Positions 9,356 to 19,769 of a stretch of DNA of 53,535 nucleotides are shown here, piece by piece. Origin of the DNA: Geodermatophilaceae bacterium (GTDB lineage: Bacteria; Actinomycetota; Actinomycetes; Mycobacteriales; Geodermatophilaceae); contig JACDAB010000176.1 in NCBI GenBank assembly GCA_013695665.1, forward strand, positions 1 through 53,535, in the 5' to 3' direction. The position numbers and the translations under genes were made by a program. Under the pieces are notes generated by a model. The model worked only from the letters and a program-made list of their open reading frames with translations, did no database searches and had not been told where the DNA came from. Position 1 is the first letter of the stretch; every line of letters begins with the position of its first letter.

Positions 9356-9373
9356 TGTTCGCTGTCAGCGCAG
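9356..9373. promoter_or_regulatory. Candidate ClgR-type operator upstream of clpP1-clpP2
   Basis: TGTTCGCTGTCAGCGCAG contains a CGC-N5-GCG core with T-rich flanks. It matches 12 of 14 defined positions of the corynebacterial ClgR consensus as I recall it (WNNWCGCYNANRGCGWWS). An adjacent inverted repeat GCGAA-N6-TTCGC lies at 9347-9362. The site is 135-200 bp upstream of the clpP1 start candidates. Confidence 0.3.
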
Positions 9374-9393
9374 GGAGTGCAGCAGGAGCCTCG

Positions 9394-10833
9394 TCAGCGG
9401 CTGTCGTCGGTGGGTACAGCGGCGGCCTCGTCCGAGTCGGGAGCGCCGTCATCCTCGGTGGCGTCCTCCGCGCTGGCGTCGCCCTCGGCCGAGGCGACCG
9501 CTGCGCCGGTGCCCGGCCCGCTGCGCAACGGGGTCAGATCCACCGGGTTGCCGCTCTCATCGGTGATCGTGGCCGCCTCCAGCAGCAGCGCCAGCGCCTT
9601 GTTCCGTCGTACGTCGGCCATCAGCGCCGGTAGCTGGCCGCCCTGGGAGAGCTGTTGGGCGAACTGCTCGGGGGGAACTCCGTAGCGGCGGGCCTGCATG
9701 ACGATGTGCTGGGTGAGGTCCTCCTCGGTGACAGCCACCTGCTCCTGGTCGGCGTAGGCGTCGAGGATCAGCTGGGTGGCGACCGCCTTCTCGGCGTTGG
9801 CCCGCAACTCGGCGTCGAAGTCCTCCTCGGACTGCCCCTCCGACTCCAGGTACCCGGACAGGGTGGCGCCGGTCTCCTCCAACTGGTGCACGATGTTGTG
9901 CTTGCGCCACTCGACTTCGCTGGTCACCACCGAGTCCGGCAGCGGCACGGCGACGGATTCGATCAGTCCCTCGACCAGATGGTCACTCGCCTGCACCCCC
10001 TGCCCGACCGCCTTGACCCGCTGGATCCGGGCGCGGGCGTCGGCTCGCAACTCCGCCATTGTGTCGAACTCGCTGGCGGTCTGGGCGAACTCGTCGTCGA
10101 GCTCGGGCAGCACCTTGGACTTGACCGAGCGGACCGTGACGGCGATGTCGGCCGGCTGTCCGGCAGCCTCCCCGGTGGACAGTTCGGTCTGCAGCGCGGT
10201 CGTTTCGCCCGCTGACAGACCCACCAACGCCTCGTCCAGGCCGTCGATGAGCTGACCGCTGCCCACCTCGTGCGACATGCCGGTGGCGCTTCCGTCCTCG
10301 ACCGGCTCACCGTCGAGGGTCGCCTCCAGGTCGATGCTCACGACATCGCCGTTCTCGGCCGGTCGGTCGACCCCGGTCAGGGTGGCGAACCGGTCGCGGA
10401 GGGCAGCCACCTGTTCGTCGACGTCCTCGTCGGAGACGCTCAGATCCTCCACGGTGACCGCGAGTGAATCCATCGCCGGGAGTGCCATCTCGGGGCGTAC
10501 GTCGACATCGGCGGTGAACGCGACGACGTCGCCATCCTCGATCTTCGTGACCTCGATCTCAGGTCGTCCGATCACCCGTACAGCGTTGTCCCGGATCGCC
10601 TCGTCGTACGCCTTCGGTACGGCGTCGTTGACGACCTCCTCCAGAATCACCGGCCGGCCGACCCGCTGGTCGAGAATGCGACCAGGCACCTTGCCCGGGC
10701 GGAAGCCGGGAACCCGGACCTGCGCTCCGATCTTCTTGTACGCAGCGTCGAAGCTCGCCTTGAGCTCGTCGAAGGGCACCTCGACGGCAAGCCGCACCCG
10801 GGTGGGGCTCAGGGTCTCGACAGTGCTCTTCAC
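9394..10833 (-). CDS. tig: Trigger factor
   Basis: 479 aa with a GTG start and GAGGAGAG SD. The N-terminus [50 protein letters not shown] is canonical, and there is an acidic C-terminal tail. Confidence 0.95.
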   Translation of the reverse strand: MKSTVETLSPTRVRLAVEVPFDELKASFDAAYKKIGAQVRVPGFRPGKVPGRILDQRVGRPVILEEVVNDAVPKAYDEAIRDNAVRVIGRPEIEVTKIEDGDVVAFTADVDVRPEMALPAMDSLAVTVEDLSVSDEDVDEQVAALRDRFATLTGVDRPAENGDVVSIDLEATLDGEPVEDGSATGMSHEVGSGQLIDGLDEALVGLSAGETTALQTELSTGEAAGQPADIAVTVRSVKSKVLPELDDEFAQTASEFDTMAELRADARARIQRVKAVGQGVQASDHLVEGLIESVAVPLPDSVVTSEVEWRKHNIVHQLEETGATLSGYLESEGQSEEDFDAELRANAEKAVATQLILDAYADQEQVAVTEEDLTQHIVMQARRYGVPPEQFAQQLSQGGQLPALMADVRRNKALALLLEAATITDESGNPVDLTPLRSGPGTGAAVASAEGDASAEDATEDDGAPDSDEAAAVPTDDSR

Positions 10834-10961
10834 AGACAGCTCTCCTCGACGATGTGTGGCCGGCAGCCAGTCAGCCGGTGGGCGGTCACGATCTGGCGTC
10901 CGATTCTAGAGGGCACCGGGAAGCCGGTGCCGAGCTTGCGTGATGCAGTACAACTGTGCGC

Positions 10962-11111
10962 ATGGGACTTGTGATCGTTCTTGTCGTGCTGGCCGTCGTG
11001 TTGGGGGTCATCGGCTTCGTCGTCAATGCGCTGAAGTGGCTCCTGATCGTCGCCGTGGTCATCCTCGTCATCGGGGTCGCCCGAGGCGCGATCGCCGGCA
11101 AGAAGCGCTAA
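10962..11111 (+). CDS. Candidate 49-aa hydrophobic small membrane protein
   Basis: Below the ORF-track size cutoff, so translated manually: MGLVIVLVVLAVVLGVIGFVVNALKWLLIVAVVILVIGVARGAIAGKKR. This gives two predicted TM helices and a basic C-terminus, with coding-like G/C third positions. Confidence 0.45.
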   Translation: MGLVIVLVVLAVVLGVIGFVVNALKWLLIVAVVILVIGVARGAIAGKKR

Positions 11112-11172
11112 GCATCCAGTCATCCTCGGCGGGGGACCGTTGTTCGCTGGGCGATCTGCTCTCGTCCTTGGC

Positions 11173-11249
11173 TGGTCGGGGTGGCGGGATTTGAACCCAC
11201 GGCCCCCCGCTCCCAAAGCGGGTGCGCTACCAAGCTGCGCCACACCCCG
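11173..11249 (-). tRNA. tRNA-Pro (anticodon TGG)
   Basis: The reverse complement is CGGGGTGTGGCGCAGCTTGGTAGCGCACCCGCTTTGGGAGCGGGGGGCCGTGGGTTCAAATCCCGCCACCCCGACCA. It shows a 7-bp acceptor stem, anticodon loop TTTGGGA, T-loop GGTTCAAATCC and an encoded CCA. Confidence 0.9.
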
Positions 11250-11312
11250 TGGCAGCAGAAGTGTAATGGCCGCCGGCGGCTACCCTGACGGCGTACGCCG
11301 ATCGGCGGCACC

Positions 11313-11386
11313 GCGGGTGTAGCTCAATGGTAGAGCCCCAGTCTTCCAAACTGGCTACGCGAGTTCGATTCTCGTCACCCGCTCCA
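11313..11386 (+). tRNA. tRNA-Gly (anticodon TCC)
   Basis: GCGGGTGTAGCTCAATGGTAGAGCCCCAGTCTTCCAAACTGGCTACGCGAGTTCGATTCTCGTCACCCGCTCCA. It shows acceptor pairing GCGGGTG/CACCCGC, anticodon loop CTTCCAA, T-loop GTTCGATTC and an encoded CCA. Confidence 0.9.
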
Positions 11387-11669
11387 TGTGGCAACACACC
11401 AGGCCGAAACCCCTGACCTCCGGAAGCAGCGGGGAGTGGACCGCGGTATGCGGTGGCCACCGGCAACGGCTCGCCTCGCTCGTCGGGGATGTCCACCTCG
11501 GTGCGGGCCAGCTCCCGCATCAGGACGTCGCCGTCGACGCTGTCCGGGTCGGATTCCGCGCGGAGAGTCGCCTGTCGGCGGTCCGCAGCACCGCCCGGCC
11601 GGCCTCGGCTGCGCCCTCGTGGAGAAACTCGGTTGGACTCACGTCCGCCCCGGAGTAGACAGGGCCACC

Positions 11670-12908
11670 GTGACCCTCTCGAACGTGCTTCTGCGCGCCC
11701 CCACCGCCGAGGAGTTCCCGGCGATGTGGCGCTCCCTCATCGACGCCTTCGGCGAGCCTCTCCACGAGTCGGATCAGGACCTGGAGCAGCGCGCCTTCGA
11801 GCCTGACCGGAGCCTGATCGCCGTCGATGGCGAGGACGTCGTCGCGACAGCGGGCATCTTGAGTCGGGAGCTAACGGTCCCGGGCGCCATCATGGCGATG
11901 GCGGGGGTCACCCTCGTCTCCGTCGCCCCGACACATCGGCGGCGCGGCCTGCTGACCACGATGATGACGCGCCAGCTCACCGAATTGCATGAGCAGGGTG
12001 GCGAGTCGGTTGCGACGCTGTGGGCCTCGGAGGCGCCGATCTACCAGCGCTTCGGGTACGGCAACGCAGCGCCCCGGGCAGTCCTGACTGGCGCAACCCG
12101 CGAGACTGCCTTTCGGCCCGAGGTGGACCTGGGCACCGGCCGTGTACGCCGGCTCAGCGAGGACACGGTGCGTCCGCACGCCAGGGCCGTCTACGAGGAG
12201 CTGCGGCCGAGTGCGGTCGGGTGGCTCGACCGGTCCGACATCTGGTGGACCCGCCGCCACTACGACCCGGACCACCAGCGCGAAGGCCATACCGAGCTGC
12301 GTTTCGCGGTGCACGAGGAGCGCGACGGGCAGGTCACCGGTTGGGCGTCGTACCGGATCAAGGGCGACTTCGGACCGACCGGCCCGAACGGGCTGATGGC
12401 CATTCTCGATGTGAGTGCGACGACTCCCCCGGCGTACGCCGCGCTGTGGCGGTTCCTGCTCGACCACGACCTCGTCCGTCGGTTCCGCCGCCGGATGTGC
12501 TCCACCGACGAAGCGCTGCAGCACCTGGTGCAGAATCCGCGGGCTGTTCAGACCGAGCTCAGCGACGCGCTGTGGGTACGGTTGGTCGACGTCGACCGTG
12601 CGCTGGCCGCCCGGCGGTACAGCACCGAGCTCGACGTTGTCCTCGACGTCGAGGACGACAGGTGCCCCTGGAACGCCGGCCGATGGCGGCTGAGCGCCGG
12701 CCCGGACGGCGCTGAGTGCGTGTCAACAACGGCTCCGGCCGACCTGCGGCTGACGAGCACCGAACTCGGCGCCGGTTATCTCGGCGGTGCCTCGTTGACG
12801 GCGCTCGCTCGCGCGGGCCGGGTGAGCGAGCTGACTACCGGGTCCCTGCAGCGCACGGCGACTGCCTTCGGCTGGCACACCGCGCCCTGGTGCCCGGAGG
12901 TCTTCTGA
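11670..12908 (+). CDS. Eis-like GNAT acetyltransferase with C-terminal SCP2-like domain (UPF0256 family)
   Basis: 412 aa from GTG at 11670 (VTLSNVLLRAPTAEEF...). Features: GNAT core VAPTHRRRGLLTTMM, the YQRFGYG motif and the long C-terminal region typical of Eis-family enzymes. The ORF-track start at 11388 abuts the tRNA and is rejected. Confidence 0.8.
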   Translation: MTLSNVLLRAPTAEEFPAMWRSLIDAFGEPLHESDQDLEQRAFEPDRSLIAVDGEDVVATAGILSRELTVPGAIMAMAGVTLVSVAPTHRRRGLLTTMMTRQLTELHEQGGESVATLWASEAPIYQRFGYGNAAPRAVLTGATRETAFRPEVDLGTGRVRRLSEDTVRPHARAVYEELRPSAVGWLDRSDIWWTRRHYDPDHQREGHTELRFAVHEERDGQVTGWASYRIKGDFGPTGPNGLMAILDVSATTPPAYAALWRFLLDHDLVRRFRRRMCSTDEALQHLVQNPRAVQTELSDALWVRLVDVDRALAARRYSTELDVVLDVEDDRCPWNAGRWRLSAGPDGAECVSTTAPADLRLTSTELGAGYLGGASLTALARAGRVSELTTGSLQRTATAFGWHTAPWCPEVF

Positions 12909-12920
12909 CACCCTGCGGGG

Positions 12921-13394
12921 ATGACAGTTGTACCCGCCGGGAATCCCGAGCTCGGCTTCACCGCGCAGGCGATGCTCTGCGACTCCGCTGCAGCCGTGGA
13001 GGGAAAGCTCTACGTGCAGGGCGGCGGCTGGAACGCGATCGGGGCCGCGGCGATGCCTTTCACCGCACCCCGCATCGGGATGGCTCTGCTCATCGGCGTC
13101 CCGTACGGCGACACCGAACGCCGGCACCAGCTCAGCGTCGGTCTGGCCGACGAGGACGGCTCTGCTCTGCCGCTGGGGCCGGTGACCGACGCCGGCCGGG
13201 CCACCCACCTGCAGCTTGGTTTCGAGGTCGGGCGGCCGGCTCAGCTCCCGCCCGGGGACACCCAGCTGCTGCCGTTCGCCCTGAACATCGACGGCTATGT
13301 ATTCGCTCGACCCGGCGGCTACGCGTTCGTCATCGCGATCGACCAGCAGGAGATCACCAGGCTCCGCTTCCGCGTCCACGTCCGGTCGCCGTAA
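12921..13394 (+). CDS. Conserved hypothetical protein (possibly DUF6941-like)
   Basis: 157-aa ORF with an ATG start and coding-like composition. It lies 12 nt after the Eis-like gene. The family assignment is from memory only. Confidence 0.65.
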   Translation: MTVVPAGNPELGFTAQAMLCDSAAAVEGKLYVQGGGWNAIGAAAMPFTAPRIGMALLIGVPYGDTERRHQLSVGLADEDGSALPLGPVTDAGRATHLQLGFEVGRPAQLPPGDTQLLPFALNIDGYVFARPGGYAFVIAIDQQEITRLRFRVHVRSP

Positions 13395-13482
13395 CGCCCC
13401 AGCCGGCTCGTCATTGCGATGCGCTCTCTCCCGCCACGCCGGCCTGCTCCCGCCAGGGCAACCGCGACGCCGTCCGGGTTCT

Positions 13483-14295
13483 TCACGGCACACCCACGTC
13501 CCCTGGTGCACCGACACCCTCCGCTGAAGGTTGGCAGCGGGGGCACCAGAACAAGTTCCTCGCCAGCAGAACCTGCGTTCGTACTGTGGTGCCACAGATC
13601 AGACAATGGTCACCGTCTCGCCGGTAGACGTAAACCCGGCTGCGGCGGCGATGGTCGGGCCGGGTTGTCACGATCGCACCCCGGCGTACGCCGTCACGCA
13701 TCAGAGCCACCAGGTCGGTCCACATCGCCGACCACTGGTCCGGAGGCAGGTCGTGTCCGGGACGGAACGGATCGATCCCGTGCCTGTACAGCAACTCGGC
13801 GCGGTAGACGTTGCCGACGCCGGCGAGCACCGACTGATCCATCAGCAGCGCCGCGATGGGGGCACGGCTACGACCGATCCGTGCGTACGCGCGGTCCGGG
13901 TCGGCATTGCGCCGCAGTGGGTCCGGGCCCAGCCGATTGCGGATCGCGGTGACGTCGGGCCGGGTGAGCACTTCACAGGCAGTCGCACCGCGCAGCTCCC
14001 ACCAGGCCTGCTCCGTCCACAGTCGCAGGCGGAGGGCCCCCCGCGGCGACGGCATCGGCTGCGTACCGGAGCGCCACTCGCCGTACAGACCGAGATGCAC
14101 GTGCAGCCAGAGCGCCCCGTCGTACTGGTGGAGCAGGTGCTTTCCGACCGCCTCGGCGCGGATCAGCGTTCGCCCGTCGATCAGCGCAGCGCCCGCAGCG
14201 AAGCGACCCTGTGGACTGTCGGCCCGGCAGACATGCCCGCGCAGGGTGCGGTTGTGTTCCCGCGCCTGGCGGTAGATCGTGTGTCCTTCGGGCAC
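13483..14295 (-). CDS. nei: Fpg/Nei-family DNA glycosylase (endonuclease VIII)
   Basis: 270 aa from GTG at 14295, giving the obligatory N-terminal (M)PEGHT with catalytic Pro2. Also present: the H2TH region LMDQSVLAGVGNVYRAELL and the C-terminal zinc finger CLICG...CPRCQ. Confidence 0.9.
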   Translation of the reverse strand: MPEGHTIYRQAREHNRTLRGHVCRADSPQGRFAAGAALIDGRTLIRAEAVGKHLLHQYDGALWLHVHLGLYGEWRSGTQPMPSPRGALRLRLWTEQAWWELRGATACEVLTRPDVTAIRNRLGPDPLRRNADPDRAYARIGRSRAPIAALLMDQSVLAGVGNVYRAELLYRHGIDPFRPGHDLPPDQWSAMWTDLVALMRDGVRRGAIVTTRPDHRRRSRVYVYRRDGDHCLICGTTVRTQVLLARNLFWCPRCQPSAEGVGAPGDVGVP

Positions 14296-14321
14296 GATGC
14301 TCCGATCGTCAGGGGGTCTGC

Positions 14322-14615
14322 GTGAGCGACGAGCCGCGCCGGCGACGGCGAACCCGTGAGGACAGCACCGCCTCGACCCAAGCAGAGGCCTGGGTTCCCG
14401 CCGCACCCGGGAGCACCCGTGCTGCTCGTGCGGGCGGCGAGGGTGTCGACGCCGAGCGAGGCCTCCGGGGACTCGTGGGAGCCGGCCCCTCACAGGTCAA
14501 TCCTCGAGCTGCGATGCGTGCGAGGGACGCCTCCCGCCCTCGCCCGGAGGACGTGTCGGCCGCTGAGAACGAGGTGGTCATCGTCCACCGGCACTGGCGA
14601 CCACCACCGGATTAG
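14322..14615 (+). CDS. Candidate 97-aa Arg-rich hypothetical protein
   Basis: GTG at 14322 with AGGGGG 5 nt upstream, divergent from nei. The peptide is VSDEPRRRRRTRED...ERGLRGLVGAGPSQVNPRAAMRARDASRPRPEDVSAAENEVVIVHRHWRPPPD. The ERGLRGLVG...AMRARD block resembles small conserved actinobacterial proteins I recall but cannot name. Confidence 0.4.
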   Translation: MSDEPRRRRRTREDSTASTQAEAWVPAAPGSTRAARAGGEGVDAERGLRGLVGAGPSQVNPRAAMRARDASRPRPEDVSAAENEVVIVHRHWRPPPD

Positions 14616-14711
14616 TCGACCAGTTACCCCGCGACCGACTCCGCGTCCACCAACCCACGTCCCAAGCCAAACCCAGCAAGACCGCGACAACACCCGTTGT
14701 TCAGGAGTCTC

Positions 14712-15179
14712 CTAGTGCTCGCTGGTCAGTTCACGTGTTCCCTCGTACGCCGAAACCTGTGCGATCCGGCGCTCGTGTCGCTCGCCGCCACTGAATGCGG
14801 TGCCGAGAAAGGTGTCGACGATGTCTGCCGCCTCGGCAGCGGTGTGCATGCGTGCGCCGACACTGACGACGTTGGCGTCATTGTGCTGCCGCGCGAGCTG
14901 CGCAACCTCGGCGCTCCAGGCCAGCGCCGCGCGTACGCCCGGCACCTTGTTGGCAGCGATCTGCTCGCCATTTCCCGAGCCGCCGATCACGACGCCGAGG
15001 CTGTCGGAGTCCGCGACCACCGCGGCGCCCGTCGCGATGCAGTACCCGGGGTAGTCGTCGTCCGGGTCGAAGACATGCGGGCCCACATCGACGACATCGT
15101 GGCCGGCGGCGCCGAGCCGCTGGAGCAGATGCCGCTTCAACTCGAATCCGGCATGGTCTGAACCGAGGTACACACGCAT
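14712..15179 (-). CDS. rpiB: Ribose-5-phosphate isomerase B
   Basis: 155 aa reading MRVYLGSDHAGFELKRHLLQRL...GVVIGGSGNGEQIAANKVPGVRAAL, a canonical RpiB/LacAB match. Confidence 0.93.
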   Translation of the reverse strand: MRVYLGSDHAGFELKRHLLQRLGAAGHDVVDVGPHVFDPDDDYPGYCIATGAAVVADSDSLGVVIGGSGNGEQIAANKVPGVRAALAWSAEVAQLARQHNDANVVSVGARMHTAAEAADIVDTFLGTAFSGGERHERRIAQVSAYEGTRELTSEH

Positions 15180-15235
15180 CAACGGAGTCTGTCATCCAGG
15201 TCTGCGACGCGGGCCCCGCGGACCGGAGGCATTGC

Positions 15236-15946
15236 ATGGGTGAGCCGGCGACTGCGCCGACGATGCAGCCGAGGACCGAGGCGGTGCTCGGCGTGGACGG
15301 CTGCCCGGGCGGTTGGCTCGGGGCTGCCGTCACCGGCCGCGAGGTCAGCTGGTTGCTGCTCGCCGACGCCGCCGCCATCCTTGCCGTCGACGCCAGTGCC
15401 ATCGGGATCGACATCCCGATCGGCCTGCCGGAGTCGGGGCGGCGGGAGTGCGACGTGGCCGCGCGCCTCGCCCTGGGCGTGGCCCGCAACTCGGTGTTCT
15501 TCACGCCGGTCCGCGCCACCCTCGCCGCCGGGTCCTATCCGGAGGCCAACGCGCTGAGCCGTGACGTCACCGGGAAGGGCATGTCGAAGCAGACGTGGAA
15601 CATTCTCGACCGCATCGCCGACGTGGACTCGGCACTCGGCGAACCGCCGGACCCACGGATTGTCGAAGTGCATCCGGAGCTGTCATTCCGGCGCCTCGAC
15701 CCCGCCGTCGGCTCCCCGAAGCGGACCGCCGCCGGAGCGGGCCAGCGAATCAGCGCCCTGGGGCGCTGGCTCGACGTCGCCGAAGCGATCGCCCGGGTGC
15801 CACCCGGACCCACCCTTGACGACGCGCTGGACGCGCTCGTCGCGGCTTGGTCGGCTCGCCGGTGGTTGAGCGGAACCGCCTCGGCGCTCCCCGCCGGCGA
15901 CCCGCCTCTGGACGCGCTAGGACGGCCGATGCGGATCGTCAGCTGA
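15236..15946 (+). CDS. DUF429 domain-containing protein (predicted RNase H-like fold)
   Basis: 236 aa. VLGVDGCPGGW near the N-terminus and HPELSF, DDALDALVAAWSA are typical DUF429 motifs. An alternative ATG lies at 15263. Confidence 0.75.
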   Translation: MGEPATAPTMQPRTEAVLGVDGCPGGWLGAAVTGREVSWLLLADAAAILAVDASAIGIDIPIGLPESGRRECDVAARLALGVARNSVFFTPVRATLAAGSYPEANALSRDVTGKGMSKQTWNILDRIADVDSALGEPPDPRIVEVHPELSFRRLDPAVGSPKRTAAGAGQRISALGRWLDVAEAIARVPPGPTLDDALDALVAAWSARRWLSGTASALPAGDPPLDALGRPMRIVS

Positions 15947-16013
15947 CCCGGCCACGGTCAGACGGTGCCCCTTTGTCCGACTCCGTCACACGGTGCCCAA
16001 TTGTCGGACTCCG

Positions 16014-16640
16014 TCAGACGGTATCGAACTGGGGGCCTTCGGTCCGCGTCCGCTTGAGCTCGTGGAAGTAGGGCCAGCCGGCCAACAGCCGCGCCCCATC
16101 GAACACCTTGCCGGCGTCTTCCCCCTTGGGAACCCGACTGATGACCGGCCCGAAGTAGGCCGTGCCGTCGACGTGCAGAACCGGTGTACCCACGTCCTCG
16201 CCGACCGGGTCCATGCCTTCGTGGTGGCTGGCCCGCAGTGCCTTGTCGTAGTTCTCGGAGTCCGCGGCATCAGCCAGCTCCAGAGGCAGTCCCACCTCGG
16301 TGAGGGCGGCCTCGATCATGTCCCGGCCGATACCTGCCTGCTCATGGTGGATGCGGCCACCCATCGCGGTGTAGAGGTCCCCGAGGACCTTGTCACCGTA
16401 CTGATCGGCAGCTGCCATGACCACCCGCACCGGACCCCACGACTCGTCCATCTTCGCCTGGTATGCCTCTGACAGGTCGCGGCCCTCGTTGAGCACAGCC
16501 AGCGACATGACGTGCCACCGCAGGTCGATCGTGCGCACCTTCTCCGCCTCCAGGATCCACCGGGAGGTGAGCCAGGCCCAGGGACAGAGGGGGTCGAACC
16601 AGAAGTCAACGGTGGTGGGCTTATCGGCTGCCGAGTTCAC
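16014..16640 (-). CDS. DsbA-family thioredoxin-fold oxidoreductase, Rv2466c-like (mycothiol-dependent reductase family)
   Basis: 208 aa from GTG at 16640 (GAGGAG SD). [25 protein letters not shown]...[10 protein letters not shown]...GTPVLHVDG...[15 protein letters not shown] aligns along the full length with my recollection of Rv2466c. It sits next to pepN, as in mycobacteria. Confidence 0.88.
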   Translation of the reverse strand: MNSAADKPTTVDFWFDPLCPWAWLTSRWILEAEKVRTIDLRWHVMSLAVLNEGRDLSEAYQAKMDESWGPVRVVMAAADQYGDKVLGDLYTAMGGRIHHEQAGIGRDMIEAALTEVGLPLELADAADSENYDKALRASHHEGMDPVGEDVGTPVLHVDGTAYFGPVISRVPKGEDAGKVFDGARLLAGWPYFHELKRTRTEGPQFDTV

Positions 16641-16762
16641 AGGGTCTCCTCGTTTAGGGGTCAGGCACTCATAGGGACCAGCGTCGCCGGCCAAGGAGAC
16701 ATTCCCCCCGCGCTGCGTGGGAGACTGCGTTGTCACTTCATCGACGAGAGGCGCACACCGCT

Positions 16763-19318
16763 GTGGCCGTCCCGAACCTCACCAGGACCGACGCCGAGAC
16801 CCGCGCCCGGCTGCTCCGGGTGACCTCGTATGACGTTGCGCTGGATCTCACCGACGGAGGGGGCAAGCCCGGTGACCGGACGTTCGGCTCCCGCACGACA
16901 GTTCGTTTCGACTGCACCGAGCCCGGTGCGGACACCTACATCGACGTGATCGCCGACGGATTCCGGGAAGTAACCCTGAACGGCGAGGACGTGGACGTCT
17001 CGGCGTATACCCACGCATCCGGGATCGCGTTGACCGGGCTGGGCGCCGACAACGTTCTCGTCGTCGATGCGGACTGTCTCTACACGAACACCGGGGAGGG
17101 ACTGCACCGGTTCGTGGACCCGGTCGACGGCACGGTCTACCTGTACTCGCAGTTCGAGACCGCAGACGCCAAACGGATGTACACCTGCTTCGACCAGCCC
17201 GACCTCAAGGCGGAGTTCACGTTCACGGTGACCGCTCCCGATGACTGGGAGGTCGTCTCGAACGCACCGGAGAAGTCCACAGAGGACGGTCCCGGCGGGT
17301 CGAAGATCGTGCACTTCGCCACCACTGCGCCGATGTCGCCGTACATCACGGCTCTAGTGGCCGGTCCCTACTACGTCGCACGGGACAGTCACGACGGGAT
17401 CCCGCTCGGCATCTACTGTCGGGCCTCACTCGCGGCCCACCTCGATGCCGACGAACTCTTCTCGATCACCAAGCAGGGCTTCGACTTCTACCACCGGGTC
17501 TTCGACTACCGGTATCCCTTCGGCAAGTACGACCAGCTCTTCGTGCCGGAGTTCAACGCCGGCGCGATGGAGAATGCCGGCTGCGTGACGTTCCTCGAGG
17601 ACTACGTCTTCCGGTCGAAGGTCACCGACTACTCCTATGAGCGGCGCGCCGAGACGATCCTGCACGAGATGGCGCACATGTGGTTCGGCGACCTCGTGAC
17701 GATGCGGTGGTGGGACGACCTCTGGCTCAACGAGTCCTTCGCGACGTACATGAGTGTCCTGTGCCAGTCCGAGGCAACCCGTTTCACGAATGCCTGGACC
17801 ACTTTCGCCAACGTGGAGAAGACGTGGGCCTACCGGCAGGACCAGCTGCCCTCCACGCACCCGATCGCCGCCGACATACCCGACGTCCAGGCCGTCGAGG
17901 TGAACTTCGACGGGATCACGTACGCCAAGGGGGCTTCGGTCCTCAAACAGCTCGTCGCGTACGTCGGCCGAGACGCCTTCCTGGATGCGATGAAGACCTA
18001 CTTCCGCCGGCATGAGTACGCCAACACGACGCTGGCAGACCTGCTCGCGGAACTGGAGTCCGCCTCCGGCCGCGATCTGTCCGGGTGGTCGGCGCTGTGG
18101 CTGGAAACCACTCAGATCAACACGCTGCGCCCGGAGTTCACGGTGGACGAGGACGGCCGGTACTCCTCCTTCGAGGTGCTGCAGTCCGCGGTGCCTGAGC
18201 ACCCGACCCTGCGCCCGCACCGGCTTGCCGTGGGGCTCTACTCGGCCGGCGCAGATGGCCTGATCCGCACCACCCGGGTAGAACTCGATGTCGACGGCGA
18301 CCGCACGCCGGTGCCTGAGTTGGTCGGCCTCGCGGCCGCAGACCTCGTGCTGGTCAACGACGATGACCTGACGTACTGCAAGCTGCGCCTGGACGCGCGT
18401 TCGCTGGCCACGCTGACCGACCGGATCGGCGAGTTCACCGATTCCCTGCCCCGGGCCCTGTGCTGGACGGCGGCGTGGGACATGACCCGCGACGCCGAGC
18501 TCGCGGCGCGCGACTACCTCCGGCTCGTGCTGTCCGGCATCGACGCCGAGAGCGAGATCGGGATGGTCCAGACGCTGCTGCGCCAGGTGCAGGCGGCGCT
18601 GGCGTCCTACGCCGATCCCTCGTGGTCCGCCGAGGGCTGGTCGACGCTCGCGGACAAGGCATGGGAGGCCATGCAGGCCGCGGAACCTGGTGGTGACCAC
18701 CAGCTGGCCTGGTCGCGAACCTTTGCCGCGGCCGCCCGCAGCGACAAGCACGCGCAGCTGCTCGGCGGTCTGCTCGACGGGTCGGTGGTCGTGCACGGGC
18801 TCGCCGTCGACACCGACACCCGCTGGGCCCTCCTGCAGGGCCTGGTCGCCATCGGTGGCGCAGGCACGGCGGAGATCGCCGCGGAGTTGGACCGCGACAC
18901 CACCGCCACGGGCCAGCGCCACGCCGCGACCGCCGATGCGCTGCGGCCCGACGCCGGGGCCAAGGCCGAGGCGTGGCGCCGTACGACCGAGGACGACGAG
19001 CTGACCAATGCGATCAACCGGGCGATCGTCGTGGGCTTCTCGCACCCCGCACAAACCGAGCTGATGCAACCCTATGTCAGCCGCTATTTCGAGGTCATCG
19101 GCGACGTCTGGGCACGGCGGTCCAGTGAGATAGCGCAGCAGGTCGTCGTCGGGTTGTTCCCGAACATCGTCGAGCAGTCAACAGTGGACGCAGCAGACGC
19201 GTGGCTGGCGCAGGAGGACCATCCGCCGGCCTTGCGACGACTGGTGAGCGAGGGCCGCGACGGGGTGCGGCGAGCGCTGCACTGCAGGGCGGCAGACTCA
19301 GCCGCCTCCCGAGGCTGA
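16763..19318 (+). CDS. pepN: Aminopeptidase N (M1 family)
   Basis: GAMEN motif (NAGAMENAG) and [27 protein letters not shown] (HExxH-18-E) are present, with about 850 aa in total. The start is chosen at GTG 16763 ([14 protein letters not shown] upstream). The ORF-track TTG at 16730 is an alternative. Confidence 0.93.
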   Translation: MAVPNLTRTDAETRARLLRVTSYDVALDLTDGGGKPGDRTFGSRTTVRFDCTEPGADTYIDVIADGFREVTLNGEDVDVSAYTHASGIALTGLGADNVLVVDADCLYTNTGEGLHRFVDPVDGTVYLYSQFETADAKRMYTCFDQPDLKAEFTFTVTAPDDWEVVSNAPEKSTEDGPGGSKIVHFATTAPMSPYITALVAGPYYVARDSHDGIPLGIYCRASLAAHLDADELFSITKQGFDFYHRVFDYRYPFGKYDQLFVPEFNAGAMENAGCVTFLEDYVFRSKVTDYSYERRAETILHEMAHMWFGDLVTMRWWDDLWLNESFATYMSVLCQSEATRFTNAWTTFANVEKTWAYRQDQLPSTHPIAADIPDVQAVEVNFDGITYAKGASVLKQLVAYVGRDAFLDAMKTYFRRHEYANTTLADLLAELESASGRDLSGWSALWLETTQINTLRPEFTVDEDGRYSSFEVLQSAVPEHPTLRPHRLAVGLYSAGADGLIRTTRVELDVDGDRTPVPELVGLAAADLVLVNDDDLTYCKLRLDARSLATLTDRIGEFTDSLPRALCWTAAWDMTRDAELAARDYLRLVLSGIDAESEIGMVQTLLRQVQAALASYADPSWSAEGWSTLADKAWEAMQAAEPGGDHQLAWSRTFAAAARSDKHAQLLGGLLDGSVVVHGLAVDTDTRWALLQGLVAIGGAGTAEIAAELDRDTTATGQRHAATADALRPDAGAKAEAWRRTTEDDELTNAINRAIVVGFSHPAQTELMQPYVSRYFEVIGDVWARRSSEIAQQVVVGLFPNIVEQSTVDAADAWLAQEDHPPALRRLVSEGRDGVRRALHCRAADSAASRG

Positions 19319-19355
19319 CATCCAGACGGCGCGACGCCGCACGCCGGGCACATCA

Positions 19356-19769
19356 TCAGCGCCGGAGGAGGGCTGCCTTTCCGGCCTGGTCGGCGAGCAT
19401 CCGCAGGCCGTTGACGATGCCGCCGACCAGGTCGCCGCCGGTGAACGACGCGGTCATGGACAGCGCGGCCAGCGCGCAGGCCCGGTCCGGCAGCCGCTTG
19501 GCGGTGTGCTCGCCGGTGACGATCTCCAGCCGACGCTCCCCCGGTGACACGGCGACCAGCACACTGTCAGCTGCCGCGGCACCCAGTGCAGCATGCATGT
19601 CCTCGGCCATCCGCCGCGGGGAGGCGTCGAGTACCCCGACGTACAGGCTGAACTGAACGCCGGTTTCGCGGCTGGACAAGGTGAGAGCCTCGTCGAGCCG
19701 GGACAGCTGCTTGGCTGTGAAGGGTCCGGCCGGTACGCCGGAGCGGTCCTCGTCCTCACCAGGTACCAC
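19356..19769 (-). CDS. DUF5130 family protein (TPM-like domain)
   Basis: 137 aa. The pattern FTAKQLSRLDEAL...TGVQFSLYVG...VLVAVSPGERRLEIVTG fits DUF5130. Its position after pepN is syntenic with mycobacteria (from memory). Confidence 0.7.
   Translation of the reverse strand: MVPGEDEDRSGVPAGPFTAKQLSRLDEALTLSSRETGVQFSLYVGVLDASPRRMAEDMHAALGAAAADSVLVAVSPGERRLEIVTGEHTAKRLPDRACALAALSMTASFTGGDLVGGIVNGLRMLADQAGKAALLRR

Noticed and set aside
11227-11669. ORFs 11227..11520 (-), 11386..11658 (+), 11520..11765 (-) and the first 94 codons of 11388..12908 (+), all in the 283-bp stretch after tRNA-Gly
   Set aside because: They run through or abut the tRNA genes and have no family resemblance. The Eis-like N-terminus is reproduced from GTG 11670. 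The stretch may be a non-coding leader or an old att-site remnant, but I saw no repeat of the tRNA-Gly 3' end.
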